A model generated the notes under the pieces. That model saw nothing but the letters and a program-made list of their open reading frames with translations. It was not told the origin of the DNA and did not search any database. A stretch of DNA of 64,000 bases from the human T2T-CHM13v2.0 reference genome, Homo sapiens. The stretch is taken from the NCBI RefSeq assembly GCF_009914755.1, contig NC_060937.1; one strand, written 5' to 3'. The position numbers and the translations under genes were made by a program. Below are positions 32,161-49,963 of this stretch, piece by piece. The first letter of the stretch is position 1. Each line of letters opens with the position of its first letter.

Positions 32161-33029
32161 GCATTATGTACTCTAAACCCTGATTTCTATAAAATATATT
32201 GGTCCTCCAGTTGTCTTTGTCTGTTTGGCTAGAGCAGGTCCTGCTATCTTGTGTTGTATTAGGAAGCTTGAGGAACGTGTCATGAAGATAAAAATTTTCG
32301 ATTGCCTGTCTTCTTGTCTGTCAAGAGAGTGACCATTTAACACAATTCTGCATATGCCTTCAAACCACAAGACTAATTAAAATATTATATACACATTTGT
32401 TCATTTATTTATTCATTTATTTAACCTTGATCATTCAAAAAACCAATTATTCCTGGGGTGCCTACTCCTTTGAAGCATAGGAATTATCAGGATATGGACA
32501 CAGGCTCTCTTCTCAGAAAACTCGTCTTTTAATGGAAAATCAAACAGTAAAACGAATATACATAAAAAAATGGACGTGTCTCACCTATTAGGGAAATGCA
32601 GGGAGGCTTTGGGTCTTTAGGGAGAGGGTAACAGGGAGATCCCACCCAGAGGCCTAGTACTTAACTAGTTAAGCAGGAGGGTGTTGGAGTCAGAATTACC
32701 TGAATTTAGAATATTCAGTAAATATTAGTATTCACTAATAATAATAATAACTGGTGAGGACTAATATGTATACTAGTGCTAATATAATATTTGTGTGAAC
32801 ATTGACATCTTAAATAAATAGCTAATGCTATTTTCTTGAATCTTGAATCATGATACAAATATGAATATTTCTATATATGATTAATATTTTCAAATCATTT
32901 TAATGGCTTTACAGTATGTCATTATATAAGTTGACTACCATTTATGTTTTCATTTCTCTTTTTAAATATCTTCACCTTTTTATACTATTACCAAAAGGTG
33001 CTTTGATAAATTTGTTTTGCATATGGTAT

Positions 33030-33399
33030 CAGTCTAATGTTGGAGGAAGAACATTTGAAAATTTGCTCCTCTATAAAAACAATACAAAATCTGGCAAAAA
33101 TGTCACAATCAAATTTTTCAGAATTTTGGAAATGAACCAGTGGTTTTCAGCAACTCAGGGAGCAGTTGACGAAAAATCACTGCATACAGGTAAGAACAGT
33201 GAGCTTTGTGAACTTCCCCTAGTGTCATCTTCTGCTCTGCCTCTCACTAGTGGCCTCGAGAAATAACAGCCTACATTCCTGGCAATGAAGATAGCAGAAC
33301 AGATCTAGTCTCTTAAAGTCTTATTCCCCAATAATTGCCATTATTGGACCAATTTGGAAGACATTATTTAAAAGGTTTATCTTGACTTGACCTGAAAAG
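33030..33399 (+). mobile_element. Ancient L1M 5'-region fragment
   Basis: gaaaatttgctcctctataaaaacaat...ctggcaaaaatgtcacaatcaaatttttcagaattttggaaatgaacca...ggtaagaacagtgagctttgtg. Confidence 0.6.
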
Positions 33400-33720
33400 T
33401 ATTGTCTCACAGTACTGGAGGTTAAAAGTCCAAAACCAAGGTGTCAGCAGGCTTGGTTCCTTCTGAGGGTTGTGAGGGAAGGATCTACTTTGACCTCCAG
33501 CATCAGCTTGTGCACGGCTGTCTTCTCCCTGTGTATGTTCACATTGTCTTTCCTCTCTGCATGCCTGTGTCTATATAAGTACATCAGTCACGCTGGACTA
33601 GGGTCCACCCCAATGTCTCATTTTAACTAGATTGCCTTTGCCCCCAGAACTATGAAACAATAAATTGTGGCACAGCTCACTTTGTGGTAATTTGTTACAG
33701 AAGACTTAGCAAACTAATAT
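33400..33720. mobile_element. MLT1 (B/C-like) LTR pieces in opposite orientations (minus 33400-33641, plus 33642-33720)
   Basis: Minus piece ctcacagtactggagg...aaggtgtcagcagg; plus 3' terminus ccagaactatgaaacaataaa...ttagcaaactaata. Confidence 0.8.
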
Positions 33721-33724
33721 GAAA

Positions 33725-34990
33725 ATCATATGCTCTCTGATCACAACATACTGAAATTAGACATCAATAACACGGGACAGTTTGGGACAATCATATGTCC
33801 ATGTAAAATAATAAAGACACTACTAAATAATGAACGAATCAAAGAAATCACAAGGGAATTTAGAAAATATTTTGCGAAGAATAAAAGTGAAAATACAATG
33901 TACCAAAACTTATTGGATACAGTGAAAACAGTACTCAGTGGCTAATTTATAGCTATAAATGCCTACATTATGAAAGAAAAAAAGGTTTCAGATCAATAAT
34001 CTAACCTCCCACCTTAAGAAAAACAAGAGCAAACTAAACCCAAAATGTACAGAAGAAAAGACGTAATAAATGATTTTAAAGGAAACGAGTTAAACAGAGA
34101 ATAGAAAAAGAATAAAATCAACAAAATCAAAAGTTCTATGAGAATATTAACAACACTGATAAAACTTTTAGATAGACTGAACAAGAAAAAAAAGAAAGCT
34201 CAAATGATTAAAATCAGGAGTGAAAGAAAGGACTTAACTACTGACTTCACAGAAATAAGAAGCATTATAAGGGAATGAAAAATTAGAAATCAACAGATTA
34301 CATAAGTGGGTGAAACAAACAACTCCTACAAAGATGCAAGCTACCAAAATTTAGTGAAGTGTAAAATCCGAATAGACCTAGAACAAGTAAAGAGATTGTA
34401 TTGGTAAGCAAAAAAAGTCCCATAAAGAAAAGTGTTCAACTAGATGGCTTTCATGATGAATGCTTCCAAACATTAAACATGAATTCCTACTATGTTACAC
34501 AAATTCTTCCCAAAATGAAAGGATGATGGAACACTTCCAAAACATTTGGTGAGGCCAATATTACCCTGATACACAAACCAGACAAACCCATTAAAAGAAA
34601 TGAAAACTACTGACCGATATCTCTTAGTAAATATAGATGCAAAAATCTTCAACAAAATTCTAGAAAACTGAATTTACAGGACATGAAAATATACAACATT
34701 ACCAAGTGGAATTTATTGCAGGAATGCAAGCTTGATCTATCAGTTCAACTCGTAGATACATACACAGGAGAATTGAAAACGTATATTTACACACAAACTT
34801 CTACACAGATGTTCATAATAGCATTATTTACAATAGCCCCAAGGTGGAAACAACTCAAATGGTCATCAGCTGATGAACTGACAAATAAAATGTGGTTTAT
34901 GCATACAATGAAATATTCAGTTATAAACAGAAATGAAATACTGGGGTACATGCTACAAAACAGGTGAAATCTAATAAATTCTTCATTAAA
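33725..34990 (+). mobile_element. L1M (MB/M4-like) ORF2 fragments with an internal deletion near 34740
   Basis: ORF2 peptides (LSDHN..KLDIN; YQNLLDTVKTVL) followed by ORF2 3'-end motifs (QMFIIALFTIAPRWKQ). Confidence 0.88.
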
Positions 34991-35467
34991 GTATGAGCTG
35001 CATTTGTCCATAGATTAGAGGTATGACTTTTGGATATTCTAATTTGAAAAAGAGCCCACTTCATTCTATCTAACCAGCAGTGGATGCTTGATGCTGGATA
35101 TCACAGTTGAGCAAGGAGCTGTACATTTTTGGATATTTGGAAGTCTAAGTATGACTTCCAGGTTTTGATCCAGGGATAGGAGACTTTTATCCCAATTGCA
35201 TAGGGAGGAGTTCTAACAACATTCCATCCATATTGCAAAACATGTAGTTGTAACCTTTTTGAATAAAGGAATAACTTAAGAAAAAGTATTGAAAACATCA
35301 AAATATCGTAAAACTGCGTACTATTTTTATGATATAATGGGGCAAACTACCTGAGCCTCTCCAGGTACATGTAATATTTTTTAGATGATTTTTTATTTTA
35401 CTATTGCTAAAAGCCATACCAAATAGATGTTAATCTCCAGAACATTGATTCATTGCAAATAATTTTT

Positions 35468-35768
35468 TTTTTTTTTTTTTGAGATGGCGTCTTGCTCTGT
35501 CCCCCAGGCTGGAGTGCAGCGGCATGATCTTGGCTCATTGCAAGCTCCGCCTCCCGGATTCACGCCCTTCTCTTGCCTCAGCCTCCTGAGTAGCTGGGAC
35601 TACAGGTGCCCGCCACGACGCTGGGCTGATTTTTTGTATTTTTAGTAGAGACCGGGTTTCACCATGTTAGCCAGGATGGTCTCGATCTCCTGACCTCATG
35701 GTCCACCCCGCCCCCCCCTCAGCCTCCCAAAGTGCTGGGATTACAGGTGTGAGCCACCGTGCCCAGCC
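35468..35768 (-). mobile_element. AluY
   Basis: Y diagnostics; 17-bp TSD cattgcaaataattttt (35451 and 35770). Confidence 0.95.
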
Positions 35769-36134
35769 CCATTGCAAATAATTTTTGTCCTGTAGAGTTG
35801 TAATTTATTTTTGTCTGGTTGGAAACAACAAACCCAAGTATCCCTGAAAGATATTAATCATTAAAAATACTAACATTAAGATAGTATTCCAGCTTTCTTT
35901 CTGTCACTGTGTATAATGCTAGTCTCTTGCATTTTTTATTTCAAGAAGGTTTATTGTGTTGCTTGTTTCCTAATTACATAACTAAACAGAATTTTCACAA
36001 CTGCTCATTACATATTAGTTTTAGGGACCTATGCTTCATCTTTTTGAAAATTATGCTTTGACATAACATGTTGAAAAGCTTTTTTTTAAAAGCGTTAAAA
36101 CAATTAGTTCTTGTAATAGGTGGATTTGTGTGTG

Positions 36135-36600
36135 GGGGGCAGTGATAGAAACTCACATTCACTTAAATCCCTTTAAAAAGTGAGTGGGGAAATTATTGGA
36201 TCACATGATCACAAGTGCAGAAACTGAAGGTCTGACTTGATCTAGTTCGTCATATGTTATCAGGAATCTTTTCTACCTCTCAATGAAACTTTAGTCTCTG
36301 TGGGTTTCTTTCCCAGGCAGGCTGCCTCCAAGTGGGAGCAAAGTACCTCAGTAGCTGTAGGCCTAAAATCTGCCAGGTTAGCAACATTAACAACAAAAAG
36401 ATCTTATTTCCCATCAATTAAAATCTCCTGTCTGCTCTATGAAGCATCTACTGAAACTCTCACTGGCTGTTTTTGGGTCACCTTCCTACCCTAGAGCCAC
36501 ATGTGGGGTCAGCTGAGCTAATGTGTCAGCTGAGAGTGAAGAAGGTGGGCCTAGAGGATAAATATAGGGCAGTGACAAAAAGAAAAAAGCAAAGCCCCTG
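36135..36600 (-). mobile_element. Old MLT1 (K/J-like) LTR remnant
   Basis: ggaaattattggatcacatg...tcccaggcaggctg...ctctcactggctg...tgggtcacc. Confidence 0.5.
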
Positions 36601-36946
36601 AGAAATGAGGATGTATACTTTATAATAATAAAAGATACAATCCATAATGCATATCTAATTGTTCAGTATGTGTCAAATAGCAACAATATATATGTTTAGA
36701 TACAACATCATGGAAATACAAATTTAAAAATAAAAATAAAAACATAATAGGAAAAAAAAAACCTGACAAGTTGGTGAACTTTTGTATAATGCCATCAGCA
36801 TAATGGGGACGTGTTTGCTTTAAAATCGGAAATAAGACATTCCTTTCATGTATTACATGCTCCAAGTTAATGTTTAACATAGAGGCACTAATAAAGCAAC
36901 AAAAATTTTAAAATGTATGTCTTGCTGGGAAATAATTACATCAGGC

Positions 36947-37240
36947 TGTATAACAGAAACCAAGATTATTCTTTGTCCCTTGTTCAACAGTACTAGGACT
37001 AAGCAAAAGCAACTTAAGTGCATATTCCAGGAAATACTTGCTCCTGGAAGAAAGACTGTGAAACAGCTAGTTTACTTATCAAAACTAACAGCTGGCCCTT
37101 CCAGACTCTCTTCAGGGTCCTCTTCCTGCTAGATTCACCAATCCAAATAAACTCTGCCCACTCACAACACTTCTCTGCCTTGTAAGACCTGCCTCAAGAT
37201 CACTCTGGCCAGGCCTTAGAATTCTATAAATATCTTTCCT
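36947..37240 (+). mobile_element. Probable old ERV1-type LTR fragment (MER90/MER110-like)
   Basis: tg start; ccaatccaaataactctgccca and ctataaatatc promoter-like LTR motifs. Confidence 0.4.
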
Positions 37241-37244
37241 TTAC

Positions 37245-37520
37245 AGGCCACATACTGTATGATTCTATTTATGTAAATTTTATACAAGAGGCACATTTTT
37301 AGTGGGAAAATACCTTAATTTTTGAATAGGCCCAGTGGGGCTGGAGAGAAATGAAGAGTGACTGCTAACCGATACAGGGTGTTTTTTGGGGGTGATGAGA
37401 ATGATCTGAAGTTGATTGTGGTGATGGTTACAACACTGCAGACATTAAAAGCCTTTGGATTGCACAATTGAAATGGGTGAATTGTATGGCATGTGAATTA
37501 TACTTCAATAAAGCAGTTAC
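37245..37520 (+). mobile_element. L1MB 3' end
   Basis: gggggtgatgagaatg...gtggtgatggttacaaca...gggtgaattgtatggcatgtgaattatacttcaataaagc. Confidence 0.88.
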
Positions 37521-38129
37521 ATATCTAAGAAATGCAGTGTAAATAGATGGACTTGGAAGGTTGAGCAAAAGTCATGTACATTTGGAAAATTTCTTCTTGT
37601 CATTTGTTTAGTTAACTGCTGTTTTTGTTTGGCTGTTCCATTTTTGGAACTAGATTCCCTGTGATCATGATCCTAAGTACAGGAAAGAAATATGTGGCCC
37701 AGATGACAGCTGATTACATGTACTTACTTTACATCCTCCAGAGTCCATGATAAGGATAAAGACATACAGAAAAAAAAAACAGTGGCCACAACATTATACA
37801 TTGTTGATTAAAAGTCTAATTGAGTCAGAATGTACAGTAACTGCATTTTTGGTGAACGATGAGTGAAGGTTCACATTATTATGTATTTTAAAATGGTGAA
37901 TTCCATTTTATATGAATTATATCTCAAAAAATGTTAAAATTACCTAATTTTTGTGTTTAAATGCCTACAATTAAATCAGTGTTAAGTCATAAGCAATTTG
38001 AATAACATTCTAATGCTCATTCACATGATTAAAATTTTATCTACTATTATAGAAATTGAGTTTTTAAGTGACTACATTTAAATATTTTAATATTTTTGCT
38101 ACATATTTTTTGTTCTTAAAGTCTCTATG

Positions 38130-39130
38130 TAATTTGTCCATTTCTTTTCTACTGTGTGCAGTTAATTTACTGTTTAGATGGTAAGAAAATTAAAATTTGG
38201 TTAATTTCTTTGGTCAATACTTTCCCCTAGTTATTTTCTGTCTACTATTCTTGAATAATTCCTCTCTTCTGCACGGACTTGCAGTGCCTCCTTTATTATA
38301 AACTGCATTCTTAGATATACTAGGTTTCATGTGAGGGCAATCTATAGTATTCCCAATTTTGTCAAGTAAGTGCCAATACCACATTGTTTAATTTATGTTT
38401 TAATATCTAGCAGGAAAATATTCCACTTGTTACATTTCTTTCCCATCTCTTAAAGAGGTATTTTCACCTGTTTATTCTTCAGTATAAATATTAGAATTAT
38501 GTAGTCAAGTTACAAAGGAAAAAAAAAGAACAAATCTCACAGGTAGTTTGTTAAATTCATGTACTGGTCATGGAAGAGATGATAATTATATATTTTTTTC
38601 AAAAACTGCAGTTCTTAAATTATGTTTTTGTTAATACACATATAACTTCTAGATTAATCATAAAGAGTAATATGTTAATACACTGAGAACTTCCATATTA
38701 ATTAATAATAAAAAAGCAGTGATCATTCTTATTTCTGACTTTAATAAGATTCCAGGCTTTTACTGTTTTTTTCGTAAATGGTGGAGTCTGAAATAAATTT
38801 TCTTTATTCTATGTTATTCTAGTTTACGATGAGATTTAGTCAGGAATAGGTGCTGCATATTGTCACATATTGTGATTTTTTCCCATTTGAGCTCTTAATA
38901 TTAATTAATATTAATAATGTATTAATATTAAATAACACTCTTAAATCAACCTTAAATTGCTCGTATTAAACTTTATTTCATCATAGGACATTCTTTCAGT
39001 ATATTGTTGAGAAAATGTTCCATCTATATTCTTGCATGAAATTGGGTTTTATTCTCCTTTTTAAATGTATTTTTTGTTCACTTTATGTATCAAAATTACA
39101 TGCATTGGGATATAGTCACAATTTCTCTCA
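38130..39130 (-). mobile_element. Highly degraded L1ME ORF2
   Basis: gtgccaataccacattgttt, ataaatattagaatt, atctatattcttgcatgaaattggg motifs. Confidence 0.5.
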
Positions 39131-39458
39131 TAATATTGCAACAAAATAATCCAGGCTTCTCCTATCTCACAAAGAACAAAGGAAATGTGAAATCATAAAA
39201 AGAGGCCCCATTTAAGGAAGGAATTAACTATTTATTAGAAGAAACTGTGAGGCAAATCTCTTAGCTCATAAAGTCTGTTCTGTCACAATATGAGACTCTC
39301 AAATGAGAATTAGCTGACACACATTTGGTAAAACGTGAACTATGTCAGTGTAATGTCAAAGTTACATTAATGTATTCATGATTTTTTCCAGTGTTAGTTT
39401 TTGCATCAGAGCCAGTGTATGTGTAGGACACGAGCGCAGTTGACTGAGCAAGTGATGA

Positions 39459-40170
<712 letters not shown>

Positions 40171-41587
40171 CCCCAATTTTTGTATACTTTACCCTTGTCT
40201 CTGTTATTTATATAATCTTACATCAAGGTACTTTCACATCTTTAAAAAGATAAATTCCTATATTAAATGAAGTATTTATTTATTATGAATTTTACATGTC
40301 TTTTAAGCTAATTTTGTCTTTTATATGATTTATAATTGCTTTTGTTTTTTTCCCTTTTATTACCACTTGCATATTTTTCTCAGTCTCTTAATCTTACTAC
40401 ATGATTTTTCAAAGAGAGAGAGAGAGAGAATAAGGTTTATTTTTATGTTATAGTAAAAATACCTATACTCTGTCTACTTAAGTAGAATATGAGAAATCTC
40501 TTCTGTGCATTGATAAAGATGTTGAATCTATACAGTTATGTGCTAAAGTGACTTCAGTTAATCGTTCAGGTTGAAATGAAGGTCTGAAAATGTTTAAATT
40601 TGTTCATTCTCTGTTCCCTGCAGTAAGTGAAGATTATGTCTCTTTTTGTTGTTGTTGAATTAATTGTAAAGAGATAGAGACTCTTGGCAAATTATTTTAC
40701 TATAGAGCCTATATTTTCCTTATCAAAAGCAACCCTCCATGTTGTTATGGATATCAAAGTTTCTTTTGAAATATGTATTAGGTAATTGTGCTAAATTATA
40801 AAATATAGCTAACATGGAAGAAAATGAGAGTTCATAATTTTTATTGTTCATCACTTAATATAAACTTGCTGTATATTTGAAATTTTCCTGCCTGAATCCC
40901 CATTTATTTGTTCTCAATTATTATCACAGCCTCAGTTATTTCTAGTACCTGAAATATCAGTCTGATGCATTGCCTGTTCTTTACAGTGGTTAAAAAAAAA
41001 AGACATTTCTGGTGAAATGTAAATAAGTTGGTATAATTGGCTTGAATGTATTTTGACTATTTGAAAAATCTACTTATAAAATCATTGGCTAATTGACTTA
41101 GGAATTTTGTTTTTTGTTAAGGTTGGTCATTTTATGTATTTAATATTTTAAATTTAGAGTTTTAATTTCTTCTTAGACACAATATTTTTAAAGATTTTTA
41201 AAAACTTTCTAACTATTCTAATTTTCTTGAAAATACTACAGTTATTGTCTAGTTATATTGTATAGTGGTTAGAGATTGTGGGCAGTTTGACTTTTGCTTT
41301 GCTGCGTGTCTGTGTTTGTGTACTGGTCTTTGTAGTGTCTAGCATATGATACAATTTTATAAATGTTTCATGGACATTAATATTATAAATGTTCTAAGGT
41401 ACACATCAACATACAGTCATTAAATATGTTTCACTAAATTGTTGTTCAAAAAGTTGTATTCATATTTCTTCATCTGAAATTCTTCTTTTTTACTTCAGCT
41501 ATTGTATCTAAAGAGTTATATCTTTCATTTTCTCCCTGTGCTTTGACATTTTTGCATGATGTATTTGGATGCTTTCTTTTCCAACAC

Positions 41588-42119
41588 TGTTCTAGTTATC
41601 TGTTACTGCATAGTAAATTACCCTAAAACTTAGCAGCTAAAAACAAGAAGTTTTATTATCTCGCAATTTCTGACAGCCAGGAATATGGGAATGCTTCACT
41701 GGCTGTTTCTGGTTCTGGTATCTCACAAGCTTGAGTCAAGACGTGGGCCTGGATTGCAGTCTTGGCTGGAGCTGGAGGGTCTGCTTCCAGGAAGGCTCAC
41801 TCATGTGGTTGTTGACTGGCAAACTCAGTTCCTCACTGTCTCAACAGCCAACACAGGAGGCCTCAATTCCTTTCCCCAGGGGTCTAACAATAGGGCTATT
41901 CACGACATGGTTGTTGGCTTTTTCTACAGTGAGCAAGGAGGAAATATTTGTGCCTTTTGTGAACTAGTCTCCAAAATTGCACACCATCACTTCTGCTTTC
42001 ATCTATTTATTAGAAGTGAGTCACTAAGTCCAGCCATCATTCAATGGCAGAGGATTAGTCTCTACCTTTGAAGGGAGGATTATTTTAAAAAATTGTGGAC
42101 ATATTTAAAAACTGCCATA
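41588..42119 (-). mobile_element. MLT1F-like MaLR solo LTR
   Basis: tgttctagttatctgttactgc...cctaaaacttagcag...attagaagtgagtcactaagtccagcc...aaaaactgccata. Confidence 0.85.
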
Positions 42120-42409
42120 AGCAAAGGCTCATGTCTGTAAATCTTTATTATAGATTTAACTTTATCATTTTAAAATTCGTTATTGAGAAATGAACCTCTA
42201 AATTCAATGTAATGCTTTTGGATGTGGACTGTGAACTCCCTGATAATTTTTTTGTTTCATTTAACTAATACATATTTACCCATCTTTTGGTTTTAAGTTC
42301 ATATCTTAAACACATCATTAAAATTCAATCTTTGGGTTACATTCAAGTTTTTGTAGGAGGAATTAAATTTATTTACTCTGATTTTCATAAATTTTTTTCA
42401 TTACTATTA

Positions 42410-42690
42410 TAAAAAATTATTGTGGTGAGAACACTTAATACTGTATCTACCCTTTTATCATATTTTAAGGTGCACAATACATTGTTACTGACTGTAGGTA
42501 CAGTGATGTACAGTAGATCTCTCAAGCTTCTTAATCTTGCTTGACTAAAATTTTTATGCCTCTTGAATAGTAACTTCCCATTTCCTCCTCCACCTAGCCC
42601 CTAGCAGCCACCATTCCACTGTAATCCCATAAATTTTATTATTTTAGATACTTCATATAAGTAGAATTGAATGATATTTGTCTTGCTGTT
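42410..42690 (-). mobile_element. L1MA/MB 3' end
   Basis: gtggtgagaacactta...gtacagtagatctc...cccctagcagccaccattc. Confidence 0.85.
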
Positions 42691-43559
42691 ATTGCTATAA
42701 TGTGTGTAAGAGTGCTGTAAAATAATATGCTATCATGTTTTCAGATATATTTTTCCTATATGTTCAATGACTATTATTTAGATAATATACTTGGTTAGTA
42801 TATTTCAATGTCCTTGTATTTAGAATAATTTAATATTAACTTGGTGGCTTGTTTTTGGATAATATCACTGTGGATTATCATCTCCTGAAACCCTTACACA
42901 TAGCACAGATTTATATAATGTAAGAGGTCATGTTAAAATGTCTATGACAATGAAATAATAAGTTTTCAATGACCAATGTGAGCATTGTTCTTGTACATCA
43001 TTTAGGATAATATCATGATCTCTGTAAAGTGAAAATTAATATATTCTATTCTGCCTTTCTGGCTACCTATCTATAGTAGAAGAAAATAGGAAAACAGCTG
43101 CTGCATATTTACTTTTGAAAACTGTAAATTAACATTACAACATAAATATCATGTAAAGTGAAATAAACACAGAAATTTCAATGTCCTCAAGTGACTCTTA
43201 AGTCATGTTTATGTCTAGGTGAGTAAACAAAACTGGATTAAAATTAACATTAGATATGCAAAAAAGGCCATTGCAAATTATAAGGCAGACCTTAAATCAA
43301 TTTCTCTTAGGAAATATAGTGATTTTGCCTTCAGGAATTTTGATAAGCCAAACAATTCCAAACAATTATACTGCCTTTAGCCATGTGATTTTTAATCAAT
43401 TTTTTAAAATTTTTTCTTCTCAATGTCAGTATCTTTTTCATGAATAGGTCTGTGACATTTAAAGATAAAGTTCTTTGATATGTATGTCATGATGTTTGTG
43501 TTTTAGAAATATTTTTGTTTCCCTTCAATTAAAAAAAGTCAGTTTCTCTGGAGCAATTG

Positions 43560-44150
43560 GAAAAATGACCAGCAAAATGAAGCTTGAACAAGTGCAAGAA
43601 GATCAAGAAGGATTCTTTTAAGCGATATCGAGGATTTTAAACTTTGACATAAATGTAGTTGAAAATCATTGAAAGAAGTTTATTAAGTGATCACTTTGCC
43701 TTTAAAAAAGATCACCTTGCTTAGAATTAAGAATGAATTGAAGTGGATACAGTGGTTAGGTAGACCAATTTTCAGACTGTTTTTCTAGTCGTAGCAGCAG
43801 TAATCTTCCTTGGAATAAGGTAAGAATGGTGAGAAGGGAAAGAAGAAGAAAAATTTTAGCAATGAGAAGGTAGATGGATAAGTTCTGGATGTGTGGAGTG
43901 ACAGAAAAGGAAGTGAAAGAATGAATCATAGGTTCTACATTGAGCAACTGGGTGAACACTGGTTTCTTCTTAGAAAGTAAACACTGGAGGAGGAGTAATT
44001 ACATTTGGAAGAGAAGTAGAGATGCTGAATTGAGTACTGGAAAAAATTAGATACATCTTGTGACATATCCAACTAGAGATGTTCAGAAGATATTTAGCAA
44101 TATTGGTCTGGAACTCAGGCTGCTGGCCTAAATGGAGACAGTGTATTACT
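43560..44150 (-). mobile_element. L2 fragment
   Basis: tttaaaaaagatcacct, ttgagcaactgggtga, gacatatccaactagagatgttcag...ggtctggaactcagg. Confidence 0.8.
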
Positions 44151-44154
44151 GTCT

Positions 44155-47405
<3,251 letters not shown>

Positions 47406-47499
47406 TATATTGGTACAAGAGTTAAGGATACATTTACTCATTAATTGTTGATGTTCTTGTGGATAGGAAGTAGAGTGAAAATGATATAGTGTGAATGGG

Positions 47500-48050
47500 C
47501 ACATCAGAATTGTAGTTCATTAAGAAGTAGCGTGGCCTTGAATAAAATTTTTTGATTTTTCTGAGATCTAGTGATAAGGTTTGGCTATGTCCTCACCCAA
47601 ATCTCACCTTGAATTGTAATAATCCCACATGTCAAGGGTGGGGCCAGAGGGAGATAATTGACTCATGGGGGCAGTTTCCCCCATACTGTTCTTGTGGTGA
47701 ATAAGTCTCAGAAGATCTTATAGTTTTATAAATGGGAGTTCCCCTGCACAAGCACTCTTACCTTCCACCATGTAAGACGTGACTTTGCTCCTCATTCATC
47801 TTCAGCCATAATTGTGAGGCCTTCCCAGCCATGTGGAATTGTGAGTCAACTAAACCTCTTTATAAATTACCCAGTCTTGAGTGTGTCTTTATTAGCAGTG
47901 TGAGAACTGACTAATACATCTAGTTTTCTCATTCACAAAATGGAGCTTATAATAACTACATCCTGGGTTATTGTGAGGACTGAATGAAGTAACTGAACCA
48001 GAGCATTTCATGTGGTGCTTGGTACATGATATGTCATCAGAAAACAGTGA
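47500..48050 (+). mobile_element. MIR interrupted by a THE1 LTR
   Basis: gtggccttgaataa...tctgagatctag | ttttctcattcacaaaatggag...ttgtgaggactgaatga. Confidence 0.8.
47572..47918 (+). mobile_element. THE1 (B/C-like) solo LTR
   Basis: tgataaggtttggct...gactaataca; TSD tctag on both sides. Confidence 0.94.
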
Positions 48051-49240
48051 TTCTTGGTGGGTGAGAATCAGCTATAAAATAAGTAGCTATAAATTCAAGT
48101 GCCTTTGGCTATGGCTCAGTGAATAAAGAGTAAATCTTTAAAAAATCAGAGTGAAATGGAAAATTGCTCAGAGATGAAAATTATTGTCATTATATTTATT
48201 GCTCAGTCATCCATTTTATTTTATCTGAACTATAAAAGAGTAAGGCAGGCAATGTGCCAATCTCTGTTTACTGTTTTCCCAAGTAAGGTAAAGAAGACAG
48301 GGCAAAGTTTCATGGAGCTTCCATAAAATAGAGTTGACAAGAGTTAAACAGCATATGTCATCAAAGTGACAATATATGTGCAAATACTTGGAATAGCGAA
48401 TTCCATGGTATGTCAGGGATTGATGTGATAATTGAGTCGAAAATATGTTAATTTTGGGAATAGAGATTAAAGAAAAATGTATTAAAAATGTATTGTACAA
48501 TGGGGATAGCAAATAATAGCCCTGAGAATTCTAGATTTATATACTGCGGAGTCAGAGATGACCTTTGTTTCTTTTCTGTTTGTTCTGCAGAGACATCGAA
48601 AAAGTAGAACTTTTGAATTTGAATGAATTGATTTAATGAGAATGTATTTGGTTCTTAACACTAGGAGAGAAAGAGCAACATTATTCATGAAAAATTATGG
48701 TCAGGATGTGGTGTTTCTTTGGGGTAACATATAGATTTTTGGTAGCAAAGCTGTTTATATTGAGGCAGGCTATTGAAATAGTTTAAATTTTAATACTGGT
48801 TAATATATAGTAAGTACATATTTTACATACTGGTAAGTGATTTAGACTAATACATGAAGCCTAAAGGATCAAGACAAATATTAACAGAAAGTAATATTGG
48901 ATGTGAAGTGAATTTCAGAATCTAATTTTATTTTACTAAAAAAGTAAACTGGATTTTTATTCTATTATAATCATTGTGAACATTATGTACTGTATTTCCT
49001 TGCTATTACTTTTAATGATCAATATTCTCATATTAGAGATGAAATGAGTCTGAAGAAGGTTGTTAATTGCCCCAGTGGTATGGCTGAGGTCTTATTCTAT
49101 GCTCTTGATTCCTTGTTGTTTTTTTCCACCTAAATTATCTTATTTGAAAAGCTTAGGAGTTTATGGCATAGTTGTGCAGAAGATGGACACAGCTCCGTGA
49201 ATAAGCAGTATTTTATTGTTATATCTAACGTGTAAGGAAT

Positions 49241-49753
49241 TGCCGAGACCAGCTCGATCTGGGAGACTCTAACCCAGTGGCGCTAGAGGAATTAAAGACA
49301 CACACACAGAAATATAGAGGTATGAAGTGGGAAATCAGGGGTCTCACAGCCTTCAGAGCTGAGAGCCCTGAACAGAGATTTATCCATATATTTATTAACA
49401 GCAAACCAGTCATTAGCATTGTTTCTATAGATATTAAATTAATTAAAAGTATCCCTTATGTGAAACGAAGGGATGGGCCGAATTAAAGGAATAGGTTGGG
49501 CTGGTTAACTGCAGCAGAAGCATGTCCTTAAGGCACAGATCGCTCATGCTATTGTTTGTGGCTTAAGAATGCCTTTAAGGGGTTTTCCACCCTGGGCAGA
49601 CCAGGTGTTCCTTGCCCTCATTCCCTTAAACCCACAAGCTTCCAGCTTGGTCGTTAGGGCCATTATGAACATGTTACAGTGCTGCAGAGATTTTATTTAT
49701 GGCCAGTTTTGGGACCAGTTTATGGCCAGATTTTGGGGGGCCTGCTCCCAACA
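49241..49753 (-). mobile_element. MER9 solo LTR (HERV-K9/HML-3)
   Basis: Minus-strand start tgttgggagcaggcccccc..aaaatctggccataaactgg and end gagctggtctcggca; TSD ggaat. Confidence 0.93.
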
Positions 49754-49761
49754 GGAATGTT

Positions 49762-49963
49762 GTATTTTATGGATTCTAATACACACATTTTCTGGAAAAT
49801 ATTTTACCATCTCCAAAACCAGAATACATCTTAAAGTTGAGGCATGGTATTAAATTTAATGGTGCATCATGGTTCAACTGGCAGTATTTTTGTTTTTAAA
49901 TATAACATAAAATAATAGTGAATATTACAGTTAATTGTGTCTTTGATTTGATGAAATATGGTA
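49762..49963 (+). mobile_element. MER104-like (TcMar-Tc2) fossil
   Basis: gtattttatggattctaa ... ggcagtatttt...cataaaataatagtg...gatttgatgaaatatgg terminal inverted-repeat remnants. Confidence 0.7.

Noticed and set aside
41685-42071. 128-aa ORF (and the 126-aa ORF at 19022-19402)
   Set aside because: They lie within or mostly within old LTRs (MLT1F-like, MER21) and have no recognisable domain; chance ORFs.
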